NCBI RefSeq assembly: GCF_037042905.1
Contig: NC_087245.1
Coordinates: 23,748,001 to 23,812,000, forward strand
Direction of reading: 5' to 3'
Length of the DNA: 64,000 bases
From: Lytechinus pictus
Lineage: Eukaryota
Each line of letters starts with the position of its first letter. The first letter of the stretch is position 1. Of the stretch, positions 1 to 13,522 are shown in pieces. The position numbers were made by a program, and so were the translations under genes. The notes beneath the pieces are model-generated. The model did no database searches. It was not told the DNA's origin and saw only the letters and a list, made by a program, of their open reading frames with translations.

Positions 1-129
1 CCAACGAAACAAATCTTTTATCAGACTGCGAAAATGATCTCCATGTGTCTGAAAATACATTTATATACATGTACATGTATGTCTATGATGATAAACAAAT
101 TCCAATCTATGAATTCTGCAACATTTCAT

Positions 130-471
130 TCCGTGGTGTAGTGGTTCTGACTCTGGCCTTGTAAACAGAGGGTCGTGTGTTCGAATCCCACCGCGGTCTA
201 GCGTCCTTTGGCAAGGCGTTAATCCACACTTTGCCACTCTCGACCCAGGTGCTAAATGGGTACCTGGTAGGATGCGAAAGATATTGTATGTTTGATTTTG
301 CCAGCGCCATAATGAGGCTGCAATGAATGCTCCCCAGGGAGTGGAAATTGTGCACTTTTCGTGCAGGATTGAAATGAATCCAATGACCGGGGTAATAATA
401 TGCTGTAACACGCTTTGAGTCATTCTGGGAAAAGCGCTTTATAAAAATTGGCTTTTATTATTATTATTATT
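130..471 (+). mobile_element. tRNA-derived SINE, family A
   Basis: A box GTGGTGTAGTGG, B box GTTCGAATCC, core ACCCAGGTGCTAAATGGGTACC, LINE-like tail AAAGCGCTTTATAAAAAT followed by (ATT)n. Confidence 0.85.
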
Positions 472-584
472 TCAAATTATTTGAATGGATCTATGAATGG
501 AAGAATAAGTAAGTGAATGGATGAATGAATGGTGGAAGAAATGAAGGATCAGTTCGTCTAATTGTGTTTGTACCCTTTTTTCAG

Positions 585-667
585 ATCATTGAAACAGATA
601 ACTTAATGGATACCATGGAGAAGTCCATCGAAGAAGAAAATCTGAAGGTTCAGCTAGCTTCAGCAAG
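585..667 (+). CDS. ARMC8: ARMC8 exon ([28 protein letters not shown])
   Basis: ttttttcag acceptor, AG/gtaaga donor. Confidence 0.9.
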
Positions 668-3600
668 GTAAGAAAATACTTTGTGTTATTTATTTGTTGT
701 CACATTTAGAATATTCTACTTTTACAGACCCTACTTTAATCAACATTTTAGTCTGTAGAGAAACCCAGCACAAGCTATGAATGGCCGAGTCAATTCCTGG
801 GTTGGAGAAGCTAGTATTATATCAAATCTTAATGCCTCACATCCTCCTGGCATACAAAATGTGACTAACATTGTATAAACTCTTGATTTGATAATGACCA
901 TGACAGCTTTAATTTGCACAGGAGCATGCCAAAACCCCACCCCAGAGCAAATGGTGATAACCTTTAAAAAAAAAAGAAGAAGAAAGAACTTAAGTGTTTT
1001 CCCGGCTTGGATCCAGAATCTGATCCATGGCTGAATAAACTGGGTTTGTGGTGCACGCCTCTAATCCAAACTACCTGGGGAGTTTCAAATAGAGTACCGA
1101 AGCGATGACGTCACTTGCCATGGTGTCATGGCCACCTGGTTCTAAATGAATGAACCCGCCGAATGAAAGCGTGTGTTTCTCACAGGAGAAAATGGATGCT
1201 ATCGGAATTTGATCGCTTGCAACCTGTTTTTTAGACGAGCCAATGTGTACAGACGATCATCAGCTGCAACTCTGTTTACAACCAGGCCGCCATGACACCA
1301 TGGCAACTGACGTCACACTCGGTGTTCTATTGTTGATAAGTTTTGAGGTTTGAGCTGTAATCATGTCTTTCGTATGGTGACAATGAAGGGTGGCCCCAAT
1401 GAAGGGTGGCCCTCAAGACAAGTATCAATCAGATACATGTCTTGATAAGGTGCGATAGCTCAGTCGGTAGAGCGGGGGACTTGTATTCTGGTGACCCGGG
1501 TTCGATTCCCACTTGGTGCGCTAGTGCCCTTTGGTAAGGCATTAATCCTATGTACCAGGCCCTTCGGAGAGGACCTTAAGCCGTCGGTCCTCTGGTTGCT
1601 ACAAGCATTCATGCTTTCTTAGCAATCAGGTAAAAAAATCACCACCAATACCAATACCAATAATACACAATCATATTTTCAGAAAGGTAATCACTTCATT
1701 AATGTCTTTCTTTTCACTATTTCGTAGATGTTTACACAGTCTCTCAAGATCTGTGCAGCAATTGAGAACAAGTTTCCAAGATCACATAGTGTGGAAGCCC
1801 CTTGTTGATGTAAGTTTGAATGTTATAGTAAATGATTGATATCAAATGAGATGCATTGCTTGAAAAATCTCCTTTCCTCTGCATTGTGAAAGTCAGTTAT
1901 GTGACATACAGTGTTGTACAACGCCTACTTAGCTTGTTGTACGCGAGCAAATGGGAGACTGAATGTCAAATATTTGCACCGTTGCACACACGACGTACCA
2001 TCCAAAATGTACCGTTGCAAGGCTTTAGGAGGTGACGTCACAATATGATTTAATTCATTGCGCTCAGTAAAATGAAGGAGCAATGCGCGTATAAGCCTGC
2101 TGGCTAAATGCGCAATGCTGTCCAAGGTCATGTGCGCTTGTGGGATTTTGCTCTCCGCTTTCAGTATTTTTGCTCCCTTTTCATAGATTGCTATAGGGAT
2201 AAACTCTTGTTTTTTTCATATTTTCGCTAAATTCCGAGGCGTTGTACAACACAAATAGTGAATATTCTTATTCGTGCGATGGTGCGAGATTTCGCATTCG
2301 GGTGAAAGAAAGAAAGACTCTCTTCAACTCGGCAAACGCCTCGTTGAATCGAGCATCTTTATTTCACCTCGTACAAAATCTCGCACCATCGCACTCATGC
2401 CTTTTCGCTATTTGTATACTATCCTGTATGAGTAACACTGCAACCAAATAATCTAGGAAGCAATATTTTGCTTGTAAAGATAAAAATCCACAAGTATCAC
2501 AAAAGTATCACAGCTCCGACGTAATCCAAGAAAATGACCAGCAGATGTATATGTATGTGAAAATGATTTTTATTTGACTAGTGTTTTTTGGAAAAAAGGG
2601 GTTGTTGCCCATTGATTAATAAATGGATATATGGAGTCTATTGCTTTGTACTTTTCTGTGCTGTTTATCACTACTTTTAGTCTCTCTCTCTCGCCTTTTT
2701 TTCATTGTCTATCTCAGCTATTGCAACATGAGAGTGCTGATGAGCTGATGATTGTGGCATCTTCAACACTCTGTAATTTACTGCTGGAATTCTCTCCCAG
2801 CAAAGATGTGAGTTTTCATTTTATTTTCTATTTTCATTTCATTTATTTTTATATATTTTTTTAAATTTATTTAGTTTATTTTTATTTTTTTATATTATTA
2901 TTATTATTATTATTTTTTTTTTTTTGGGGGGGGGGGGATATTTCCTGAAGGTTTAATAACATTAAGGAAAATAAAGCATTTTGAGTTACCTGACTGAAAT
3001 ATGTTTGAAGAATTTGTGCAAGGGATTACATAATGTACTTCCCATACTAAGACTGATGTAGAGAATGGTTAATTAAGCAAATAATTATATTCACAGACTA
3101 ATTTGTTCTGAGCCAGTCAGATAAAAGGATTTCAATAGCGTATAACAGTTATCGGTACAAATCACCATTTGTTTCACAAAATTCTCCCATGATCTACCAT
3201 ATTCAGGTGAGATGATGCAATATGTTCTTCAGAGAAGATCTTAATTTCAATCACAATACATTGTAAATATCCCTGTTCTTGTACATTCCCCCTCTGGCAT
3301 ATTATACACCTTTCTATACGATCCTTCGGTTACATGTACATAACTCTCTATTGGTATATTTTCAGCAACAGTAGAATCGCAACCAATGCAATGGGTTATT
3401 TCTTTGTTCATTTTCATTTCATTCCAGAAAATTGTTCAAGCAGGTGCAATTGACATTCTTTGTAAGCTGACGACCAACTCCAACGCCTCGCTGCGTCTCA
3501 ATGGTATCTGGGGCCTGATGAACATGGCATTCCAAGCAGACGAGAACATCAAGACTAATATCCTTGAAAAGATGGGCACCGACCAGCTCTTTCGATTGCT

Positions 3601-6600
3601 CATTGACACCAACGTTGACATCCTAATGAAGACCCTAGGTCTACTGAGAAACCTTTTGTCGACCAGACTTGTGAGTTTGTATGAAACATTTAGAGGGTTT
3701 GTTTATACATGTACATGGTATGACAAAACCTTGCAACATTTATTTTTATTTTTGTACAAATCAGTGGATGTCAGATGATCCCCCTGTAAAAAAAATGTTG
3801 TCCAACAGGAGGCATGTTTTTAAATCATCTAATGCAAAATCTGTGGACCAATAAATTTGTTTGGGAGATAATGGTTATATTATGTCATGTTAGCATTATT
3901 TCTGCAGTTTTGGAGAAAAAGACCCTTCATATACTTGCAAGTTGTCACACCTTGTTTGAATGCTAGGGACTTAAAGGAACTTGTCATGTCACGTCAGAAC
4001 TAGCTTCAATAGGAATTGAAATATGCAGAGCATCTTGCATATTTTTTAAAGTGATTTTATATTAATAGTTCTATTATTCAAATTTTTGAATTAGCATTCT
4101 TGAATGATGAAATATATTGGACATACTAATATGCATAAATTGTAAATTTTTTTAGTTAAACAAGACCATTAAGGCCATTTTGGAGGCTTGTAAAACTTGC
4201 ATAGAGTACTTCAATTCATAATAATTGCTGTTTGAGAATCTGCTTAAATACAGATTCTGATTCACATTATGCTGCCCCTTTTCATGTAATTTCTTGTTTT
4301 TTCTTCAGAACTTGAACATCAGTTATCCTTAGAACTCATTTATTGCTTTGTAATAAAGAATGCTGAATACATGTATGAAACTTACTAAATACCACCGTAA
4401 ACAGACAGTGTAAATCGTACATGAAAAAAATGATATTTCAGTCACTTTTACCTGTAGCACTTGTGATGTTATGTACTGTATCTAATTGATTTACAGATTA
4501 CTTATTCCCCTGGTCCATCAGAGCCCTAATACATAGAACAAAATCTCTGGCAATTTTTCTGCCAAGGTTTTTGTCTCACCTGCATAGCAGAGTGAGACTA
4601 TAGGCGCCGCTTTTCCGACGGCGGCGGCGGCGGCGTCAACACCAAATCTTAACCGAAGGTTAAGTTTTTGAAATGACAGCATAACTTAGAAAGTATATGG
4701 ACCTAGTTCATGAAACTTGGCCATAAGGTCAATCAAGTATTACTGAACATCCTGCCTGAGTTTCATGTCACATGACCAAGGTCAAAGGTCATTTAGGGTC
4801 AATGAACTTAGACCATGTTGGGGGAATCAACATCAAAATCTTAACCTAAGGTTAAGTTTTTGAAATGTCATCATAACTTAGAAAATATATGGACCTAGTT
4901 CATGAAACTTGGACATAAGGTCAATCAAGCATCCATGCATGAGTTTCATGTCACATGACCAAGGTAAAAGGTCATTTAGGGTCAATGAACTTTGGCCAAA
5001 TTGGGGGTATCTGTTGAATTACCGTCATAACTTTGAAAGTTTATGGATCTGATTCATGAAACTTGGACATGATAGTAATCAAGTACATGTATCACTGAAC
5101 ATCCTATGCAAGTTTCAGGTCACATGATTAAGGTCAAAGGTCATTTAGGGTCATTGAACTTTGGCTAAATTGGGGGTATTTGTTGAATTACCATCATAAC
5201 TTTGAAAGTATATTGGTCTAGTTCATAAAACTTAGACATAAGAGTAATCAAGTATTACTGAACATCCTGTGCAAGTTTTAGGTCACATGTTCAAGGTCAA
5301 AGGTCATGTAAGGTCAATGAACTTTGGCCATGTTGGGGGTATTTGTTGAATTACATGTCATCATAACTTAGAAAATATATGGACCTAGTTCATGAAACTT
5401 GGACATAAGGTCAATCAAGCATCCTGCATGAGTTTCATGTCACATGACCAAGGTAAAAGGTCATTTAGGGTCAATGAACTTTGGCCAAATTGGGGGTATC
5501 TGTTGAATTACCATCATAACTTTGAAAGTTTATGGATCTGATTCATGAAACTTGGACATAATAGTAATCAAGTATCACTGAACATCCTGTGCAAGTTTCA
5601 GGTCACATGATTAAGGTCAAAGGTCATTTAGGGTCATTGAACTTTGGCTAAATTGGGGGTATTTGTTGAATTACCATCATAACTTTGAAAGTATATTGGT
5701 CTAGTTCATAAAACTTGGACATAAGAGTAATCAAGTATCACTGAACTTCCTGTGCGCATTTCAGGTCACATGACCAAGGTCAAAGGTCAATGAACTTTGG
5801 CCATAATGGGGGTATCTGTTGAATTACCATCATAACTTTGAAAGTTTATGGATCTGACTCATGAAACCTGGACATAAGAGTAATGAAGTATTACTGAACA
5901 TCCTGTGCGAGTTTTAGGTCACATGTTCAAGGTCAAAGGTCATGTAAGGTCAATGAACTTTGGCCATGTTGGGGGTATTTGTTGAATTACATGTACCATC
6001 ATATCTCTGTAAGTGTATTGGTCTAGTTCATAAAACATGGACATGAGAGTAACCAAGTATCACTGAACATCTTGTGCGAGTTATAGTAGTTTTCAAAGTC
6101 AGCACTGCTGCTATATTGAATCGCGTGATGCAGGTGAGACCGCCAGAGGCACTCCACTTGTTTAATTTGTAAATTTCAATGGCATAATATTGTTTCCCAG
6201 AGTTTTTTTTATGGCAAAAGGTTTATTCAATGGGTTTCGGATTTGATAATTCTTTCCTGCACACAATATGTGCACATTCTATACTCCCAGGGATATAATT
6301 GATATTGACTCTTTATTACTTTCACCCCCTTTCTCTCTTTCTTTCTCTCTCTCTCTCTCAGCATATAGATAACATCATGTTGACCCACAGTTCACAGATC
6401 ATGACAGCTGTTATCATGATCCTAGAGGGCAACCATCCACCCCAGGTCAAGGAACAGGTAGGTTCACATTCCCCTACGTTCACACCATCCTCCCAGTGCA
6501 AACAGCTGTCATTCAAGATTGTCTAACCAACCGTTTACACTTGTATCCACCTGCCCCCCTCCAATGTTAGTGGAGATAATGTTTTCATCAAAGGGTGGTA

Positions 6601-9442
6601 TTGTGAAGAATGGCTGCTTAGAGAACAGTGTGAATTTATGCAACATTCCTTTTGCAAATGAAGGAAGGCAGGCATACTGTCTCTCTCGTTAGGCTTTTTT
6701 TATTCAGACAGAATACTGTCGTGTCTATCCTTGGAACAAGTCCAAAGAATGCTGTATGAAAACTCCAAGCAATACACTTTGTGTGTACTGGTGGGTTTAA
6801 CATGAAAAATAAATCATGAGTGAAATAAAGGAGAAATTTCATCATGCTCCCATTTACCATCTCCCACGCTTTGGTCCTGAAACATAAGCTCTTGGCCGTT
6901 TTTATGAGGAGCAAATTTAACAGAATTATGAATGCTTAAGTCCTTTCCATATAAGTCATGAATGGCACACCCAATTACATCAACGGTGCAAGTTTGACGC
7001 CCCTCTCCTTCCATATTTTGCCCCCTATCATCTCGCCCATGGAAGGGGGATGGGAATAATACAAATGATGCACTGCTCGTACTTTGAAAGTTATTTTTCG
7101 ATTAATCTACTGAGTACTTTGCAGGAGATAGCTCAGGCTAGGATCTATGGAGAATGTGTTTCAAATCAATATGTTCAACAGGTTCTTTCAGCACAAAAAT
7201 ATTTTCAATGCTATGATCATTATCTTGTATTCTTGTATTCTTTAATTCTTTAGACATTGTGCATACTTGCAAACATAGCAGACGGGACTTCGGCAAAGGA
7301 AGTGATTATGTCTAATGAAGATATCCTCAAGAAACTTACCTGTTACATGGTGAGTATCCATCTAATATGGATTTATGTATTATTTTTATATCTCTATATT
7401 AGTGTTTTAACCCATGAACTCCTCAATTTTTGAATTCCCATATGGGCAATTCCATAGGTTGGTGGACATGAGCTCAATGTGTCTTTGTACATATAGCCCA
7501 TCTGAAGCGTAACGTGAGTAACCACTTTATCTGCACCCCTAGTAAAAACCATGTGTTCTTTATTTTTTTAATTATATACAAATTTGTCTCCCTAATATAC
7601 TTCTTTGAAATGGATATAATCAACTTTCATAAAAGCCTTGCATGAGGACACTTTTCACTTATGTCCACTTTTCATTTTATGCATGTCCAAATCATGTAAC
7701 ATGAGTAACCGACACATTTCAAAGATTTGCCAGGAGCATAATGAAATTTCCCAAGTTTTGTTTTTATACAAAGGATAGTCAGCCTGCGTACTATGTTGTA
7801 ATAAAGAGATTTTTAGTTCCTATCAATAATAATGGAGTTATAGCTCCAAGTATGAGTCAAGGTGTCTCCAAATGTAACGTGAGTAACCGTGGAATAGCCC
7901 ATAGGCTTTGTCCAGGGATCAGCTGCTTCCTGCTAAGAACTGCACAGAAAACAAATAACAATGATAAAAAAATATGATTTTGATAACTCCTTTCAAAATA
8001 TTGATAACAATCGATTCAAAGTGGATTTTCACAACAGAGGCTGAAGTACATGAATGGGTGTTGGGAAAATTAGTTGAAAGTCATAAATGAAATTAAATTA
8101 CAAAAATTGAAATCCCATCTTCGGAACATAGAGATAAACAGTTGTCACAGATAATATATACCTGTAAACATTTTCCAAACTTTACAGTTACATGAAATAT
8201 AGCTGAATAGATGACTGGCTAATTTCGTGTAAATAGAATGACCCAATTGTATATAATTCAGTCAAAATATTATTGAATAGCACCCAGATGTGGCAAATAT
8301 GTATTTCATTCTTGTGTGTGTATATTCAAAACCCCCCAAAAATAGTAAGGAGTTGACATAGAATGTCAATTCTTCAGAAAAATAATAGAATTTGAGTAGA
8401 ATATTAGCACAAATTACACATATTTTAGAAAAACCTCAACCCGTATCCCATGCAAGAAATAGAAATATCTGGCTTATAAGTGTTTGTGATCTGTGGTATG
8501 TATACAGAGACATGACAATGTGAGGCTTCAGATCGCATCAGTGTACTGTATCAACAATCTAGTGTGGAACCAAGAGGACGGAGCGACTGAGAGGCAATCT
8601 AAACTCAAGGAATATGGGATACAGAAACAGCTACAGTCCCTACTCAATGCCAGTGATACTGTCCTCTTTGACAAGTAAGTGATGGTGTCATGATTAAATT
8701 TTACCAATCACCATAAACCTGAGAATTCAATGTGAATGAGGGATTAGCCAAGTTTTATAATTCTTTCTGGTTTCCCATGGTGTTACTCATTAGAATTCAA
8801 ATGGATTTCAGGAACTGGAAATATATATATACATGTATATATATATATATTTTTTTTTTTTCAAAATTACAATCAAAATCCAGGATTTTCATCAACCAAA
8901 ATCTATGTTGCAGATGCTAACAAACATTGAATTCAGAATTACTCAGTGGTGAAATAAAACTAAGGAAATAGCATTATCACATCATATTTTCTTCATTTCT
9001 TGTCCAAATTAATTGACGTCTATGAATTGTCCTGTAAATGGAGACGCAATATCATTTATTATTGATACGTAAAACTTACAAGTGTTAGAGGATATTATGC
9101 ATGTAGAGATTTGATTGTTGAAATAGGCAAGTCTTACATGACCTCTCTCACTGTCTTTGAATTCTGACAGAGCCTTATTTCACATTGACAAGGGTTTATT
9201 TTTTATAGAAATACCACACATACACGTAATAGCAAGGTTATGAAAATGTACATTCAAATGAGATGTAACTAATAGTTCTATACTCAATATTGTATTGCTC
9301 CATTCTCATGAATTGATAACAACTCCATGCTTCAAAGAGGATTGTAAAATATTGGCTGAACCATGATTGGACCTGTTTTCACAAGAAACTCTTTTTTATC
9401 ATTGACAGGGTCAAGATGGCATTGCAGCAGTTTTCATCATAA
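585..9442 (+). CDS. ARMC8: Armadillo repeat-containing protein 8 (CTLH/GID complex subunit), 3' part, 8 exons; 5' exons lie left of the window
   Basis: Exons 585-667, 1728-1809, 2718-2807, 3428-3670, 6362-6457, 7254-7349, 8508-8674, 9409-9442 join in frame with GT-AG ends. They give [92 protein letters not shown], which I recognise as the ARMC8 C-terminal half. Confidence 0.96.
1088..1331. mobile_element. MITE with ~55-bp TIRs (AATAGAGTACCGAAG..TTGCCATGGTGTCATGG)
   Basis: Terminal inverted repeats; second copy at 13274-13522. Confidence 0.8.
1449..1665 (+). mobile_element. tRNA-derived SINE, family B
   Basis: TAGCTCAGTCGGTAGAGC and GGTTCGATTCCC boxes, non-tRNA body, (CCAATA)n tail; truncated copy at 41261. 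Confidence 0.85.
1728..1809 (+). CDS. ARMC8: ARMC8 exon ([27 protein letters not shown])
   Basis: ttcgtag acceptor, gtaagt donor, conserved peptide. Confidence 0.93.
1907..2418. mobile_element. Unclassified non-autonomous element: IR-flanked segment plus terminal long hairpin
   Basis: Perfect 16-bp IR 1911-1926/2237-2252; hairpin 2251-2415. Confidence 0.6.
2718..2807 (+). CDS. ARMC8: ARMC8 exon ([30 protein letters not shown])
   Basis: tctcag acceptor, gtgagt donor. Confidence 0.93.
3428..3670 (+). CDS. ARMC8: ARMC8 exon ([12 protein letters not shown]...[10 protein letters not shown])
   Basis: ttccag acceptor, gtgagt donor, 81 codons of ARM repeats. Confidence 0.95.
4568..6162 (+). mobile_element. 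Non-autonomous Helentron/HINE-type element with internal ~155-190-bp tandem array
   Basis: Subterminal IR GTCTCACCTGCA/TGCAGGTGAGAC, 5' short IR, (GGC)n tract, about 9 tandem monomers, 3' short stem-loop, TT flanks. Confidence 0.8.
6362..6457 (+). CDS. ARMC8: ARMC8 exon ([32 protein letters not shown])
   Basis: (ct)n-cag acceptor, gtaggt donor. Confidence 0.93.
7254..7349 (+). CDS. ARMC8: ARMC8 exon ([32 protein letters not shown])
   Basis: ctttag acceptor, gtgagt donor. Confidence 0.93.
7441..7903. mobile_element. MITE with TATGGGC(A/T)ATTCCA termini
   Basis: tatgggcaattcca...tggaatagcccata; internal repeated TAACGTGAGTAACC. Confidence 0.65.
8508..8674 (+). CDS. ARMC8: ARMC8 exon ([25 protein letters not shown]...LFDK)
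   Basis: atacag acceptor, gtaagt donor. Confidence 0.92.
9409..9442 (+). CDS. ARMC8: ARMC8 terminal coding exon ([10 protein letters not shown])
   Basis: ttgacag acceptor, phase matches the previous exon, TAA at 9440-9442. Confidence 0.9.
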
Positions 9443-9649
9443 TGAATTCCTGTGATTGGAAGAAGAATCTAACTTTCTCAGGCACCATTGGTTGAAAGGA
9501 CTGATGATAGCACTGTGGCAATGATGATAGTAATCTTTTCTTGGATATTTGTACAACACATTATCCACCAAAGACAATGTTCCAGATGCCTCAGTGTTAC
9601 CCTAGCTTAGCTTGGCACTCGATATCACTGCTCACAGCATTCAAGGAAT

Positions 9650-9780
9650 TGCTTCCCAATGGTGCCTGTTTAGATCTGGATGGTTAGAGTGGCAAACGTA
9701 GATTAGCATCTTGCCAAAGGACACACTAAAAGAGCTGTCGTGGGCTTTGAACCTGGGACCTCATGGTTCACAGTGTGAGG
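9650..9780 (-). mobile_element. Decayed SINE family A fragment in the ARMC8 3' UTR region
   Basis: agagtggcaaa..cttgccaaagga..tttgaacc is the reverse complement of the 130-471 head and core. Confidence 0.55.
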
Positions 9781-11658
9781 AATTACCCCCAGATGGTGAC
9801 TGTCAACAAAAGAGGAAAATTGCACCATGGGGTCCTCTCATAGACTACTGTGCTATATACTAGTCTCGCTACATAGACCCTTTTGTAAAGTGCTTAAAAA
9901 TATATATTGTGAAGTTTGGTACGTATCACGCTGGCCATTTAATCTTTATCTTATAATGAGAGTTGTGAAAGGCAATCTCTAATCATTTCTCTTCTAGCAA
10001 CATACAGTGGTATGAATGTTGTGCAGAGTAAAGTTCACAAAATGTCAGCATTGGTTGTATATTCTATTAGGTGTATATTCTAAGACTACATGTCATAATA
10101 AAGTGTCGCTTTCTGTGTAAGGAACTGTTGAGCAGTTCAGGACTGAAACTGTTATTCAGTATGAATATGGCATATTACCTCAAACATCTACATAGGCGTA
10201 TTAGTACAATGGCAAAATATTTATATAGTTTGTTTGCTAATGTTGTTGCTTTCCACTGTACTACACTTGAACTTAGAAATCTGGTTTAGATGTAACCACT
10301 TCTTTCAAAGTAAGGCATTTTCTAGATGAATATGTGCACTGCCAGACATTGGTCTTATGAACTGATATCATAATAACATCCCAGATGAAGGCTTGAGGTA
10401 TGCTTGTTAATGTTACATAATCACTTTTCATATACATGGCACAATGGAACATTCTGTAAAATGGATTTTGAATGGACTTTAAAAAAAAGAGTATTTGGAC
10501 AATTTCTCCATCTGTACTTCAAACCATTAACTGCTCAAGCTGTAATTATTTGAGAGCAGTAGAGCTTTTCATATCAACAGAGACAAAACATCTCGGGAAG
10601 TCGCAGGTACATATTTATGGAATTGCCCATTTAAATGTGTAAAACACCTCTAAAATGCATTGAGTGAAATGTTTTTATTTGAGTAAGACTCTTCAGTTGT
10701 AAAGGGCTTGATATATATATATTTATTGATCTTGATGGCAGGAAACTTATGATTAAAACAAAATCTGTGGTTGACTGAAAGGATGTTGAGAGAAACTGGT
10801 AATCAATAGAAAGTCATTGTCGGTTCCAAAGATTATTCATATGTCTAGCAATTGATTGGTTTGTTTCTGGCATCAGAAAGTATAGATTATATATAGAATC
10901 TATCGATTCAATATTTACATTTAATTGCAATTGGTTTCCTTGAGCAACCAATTTCAAGTAATGAGGACTAAAGTCAAGAAATATATGGATTCTATGTGTA
11001 CCAGTATTATTTATTTTAAGACATCGCCTTTTCTAGAATTCTGCTTATAAGGAAATCTAATTTCTGCTTTAGATTATTGCTATATGTAACTGAATCGTAT
11101 TGTGCCACTGATCTGTATGAAGATAAATCTCTTCTATGTAATAATGTGAGTATGGAGATAAAGCTTGATATGTAATTAGCTGATATGAATGTGAATTTGT
11201 ATCTAAAAACCCTTTATCAGTCAGTTATTCTGAGTTTTAAGATTTTTTATGAGCTTAGTAAAAGCAAATACTCTGCAAGCCCGCTGATACTTTTAGTAAT
11301 CCTGAAGTAAACATGGTCTCAACAAAACTCTTTGAACTTGTTTTGTGTTCTACAACTTGAAAGTATTGAAGTACAGGTACAAGTATACATAAAAAATAAA
11401 TCTTTGATTGACTAAATGTTTACTTTTGAAGCGCAAATGACAGTTAGTTTTGCGTAGTTTTTTTTTTTTTAATGGTGATTGATTCTTAGTTTTGAGGTGG
11501 ATCGCCACATAAATGACACCATATTTGTGTCACCTTAATTTGTTCCTGTCCAACTGCACTCTTTAAAATTGAGGGCAAGTTCAACAGAAAAGTTTGAATC
11601 GTCAGAGCTCAACTGCATTCAAGTTAGAAGGTTTGGGACAAAGATTTTGCCCATAATA

Positions 11659-12047
11659 TTAAAGACAGCTGAAAGCCATAATCACTGATTTTATGGGAGA
11701 GTCTGTAAAACCAAGTGTAATTGTCACTATCATCATACCCGAGATTGAGATTTGGTGCAGTGTCATAAACTGGACTTTGTAAAATCATGAAATCTAAGCT
11801 GAAAAATGATCACTCTGAAGATCACCAACACAGATCAGCCCATATGGGACAGTTTATTACCGTTGCTTGGAGAAAAAAGACCCGACACTTTGTCAGAATG
11901 CCATACTTATTTGCTAAAGCAATTGTACAATTTCTTCTAGAATCCTTTGATTTTATGTTTGTCATGCAGACAAATTGGGTGGGCATTTCAAAGGATTCTT
12001 TAAAAAATAACTTTCACATTGTTAGCACAACTGGCATTTGTCTTTGA
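11659..12047. mobile_element. Decayed TTAA-flanked MITE (same family as 22151-22462)
   Basis: Shared ttaaaga..cactgattt..agtctgtaaaacca..acaactggcattt. Confidence 0.65.
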
Positions 12048-13273
12048 AGAGAGTCACTAGGTCTGATTTATTCATATATACAAATGCAACTCAGTGATGG
12101 TTTTCATATAGTGTGTATGGGCTAATGGGATTCCTCGATTTTTTGCTGTAAAGATCAATGGAATTGTTTGATTGATGCTTATTAAATTCTCATAATTTTG
12201 TGATGAAAACCAATGTCAAAACATTTTAAGAATTCTTTGCCTGTTTAATATTGTTCTTATTTCTGTGTGTATGCTGTAGATATATATTTTGTTGACATTT
12301 ATGGAGAATTGAGATGCCACTGCCACCTAGAATCACGACACTGTTATATCCCATACCAAATTTTAAGATGAATAATATCTCAGATTTAAAAAAATTAATG
12401 AGAAAAAGTAAACTTACATAAAAGTTACAACAACAATGTGGTTAAAAAAAATCAGTTGCATTGTCCCCATCCCATTCTTCATCATAATCGATATTTTTAT
12501 TTTAAATTGTAATGAAAAATTATCACTTTGTATTTGAATATTTGATTATCTATTCATTCTTCATTCCAGCAAAGAAAAAAATAATTTTGAGGTGAGAGTT
12601 TGAATGATGCCAGATTAAATTGACACTACGACACAAAACAAAACAATCATAAATACAGGGATTTTAAAATTGGCCACAAAGGGCATGTCTTTGTCATGAC
12701 ATTCCCTGTGTCATTTCCCTAGAGGCTCCAAAAGGCAAAATCTCTAAAATATTCCAAATAAGAAAATATGACAATTTATATGCAATCTTGTTTTGTAATT
12801 TAATTGCTGCCCAGGTACTTGAGAGAGAAAAAAACAAACTCAAGAAAATGGAGTTGTCTTTATCTTTATATCCTCCCCACTTCTCTCTAGAATCATGGTC
12901 CTTAGTAGGCCCATGACACGTAGAATCTGCTCACCGAATCGACCCAATAAAAAATGAATAAGTAAAGTATATAAAAGCAAACTAGCTTTACTCTGAAAAT
13001 GTGGGTGTTTCGCAAAAAGTGTGACATGAAATTGCCAGGTGAGTGCAATAACGCCTCACCTTATTGGGTAAGATCATGCTTGCAGGCATATCGAAACATT
13101 TTAATTCTTGATTAAGACGGAGGATTAGCATACATGTACACTCTTGAATATATCATTTTGAATACCATATATACCCTAATGCAATGTTGTGTGTCTGGAC
13201 AATCGATTTTAAATAGCCATTTGTCAAACTTATCAAGCAAAGTCTCATCAGTTTTTAGAACAAAATGGTAGGC

Positions 13274-13522
13274 AATAGAGTACCGAAGCAGTGGCGTCAG
13301 TTGCCATGGTGTCATGGCTGCTTGGTTCTAAACAAATGAACCCGCCGAATGAAAGCGCGTGTTTTTCATAGGAGAAAATGGCTGCTACCGGAATTAGATC
13401 GCTTGAAACCTATTTTTTCAGACAAGCCAAAGTCATTTGCCTGTGCACAGACGATCGTCAGCTGCGACTCTGTTTAGAACCAGCCCACTATGACCCCATG
13501 GTAATCACACTTCGGTACTATA
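13274..13522. mobile_element. Second copy of the 1088-1331 MITE, about 320 bp upstream of the ADAM17 ATG
   Basis: Colinear similarity over about 245 bp. Confidence 0.8.

Noticed and set aside
1449..1520. tRNA gene
   Set aside because: A and B boxes are present but the acceptor and anticodon stems are poor, the sequence continues into a SINE body and it recurs at 41261; same for 130-200.
4640..6090. CRISPR-like array
   Set aside because: Eukaryotic locus; units are whole tandem monomers without unique spacers and there are no cas genes.
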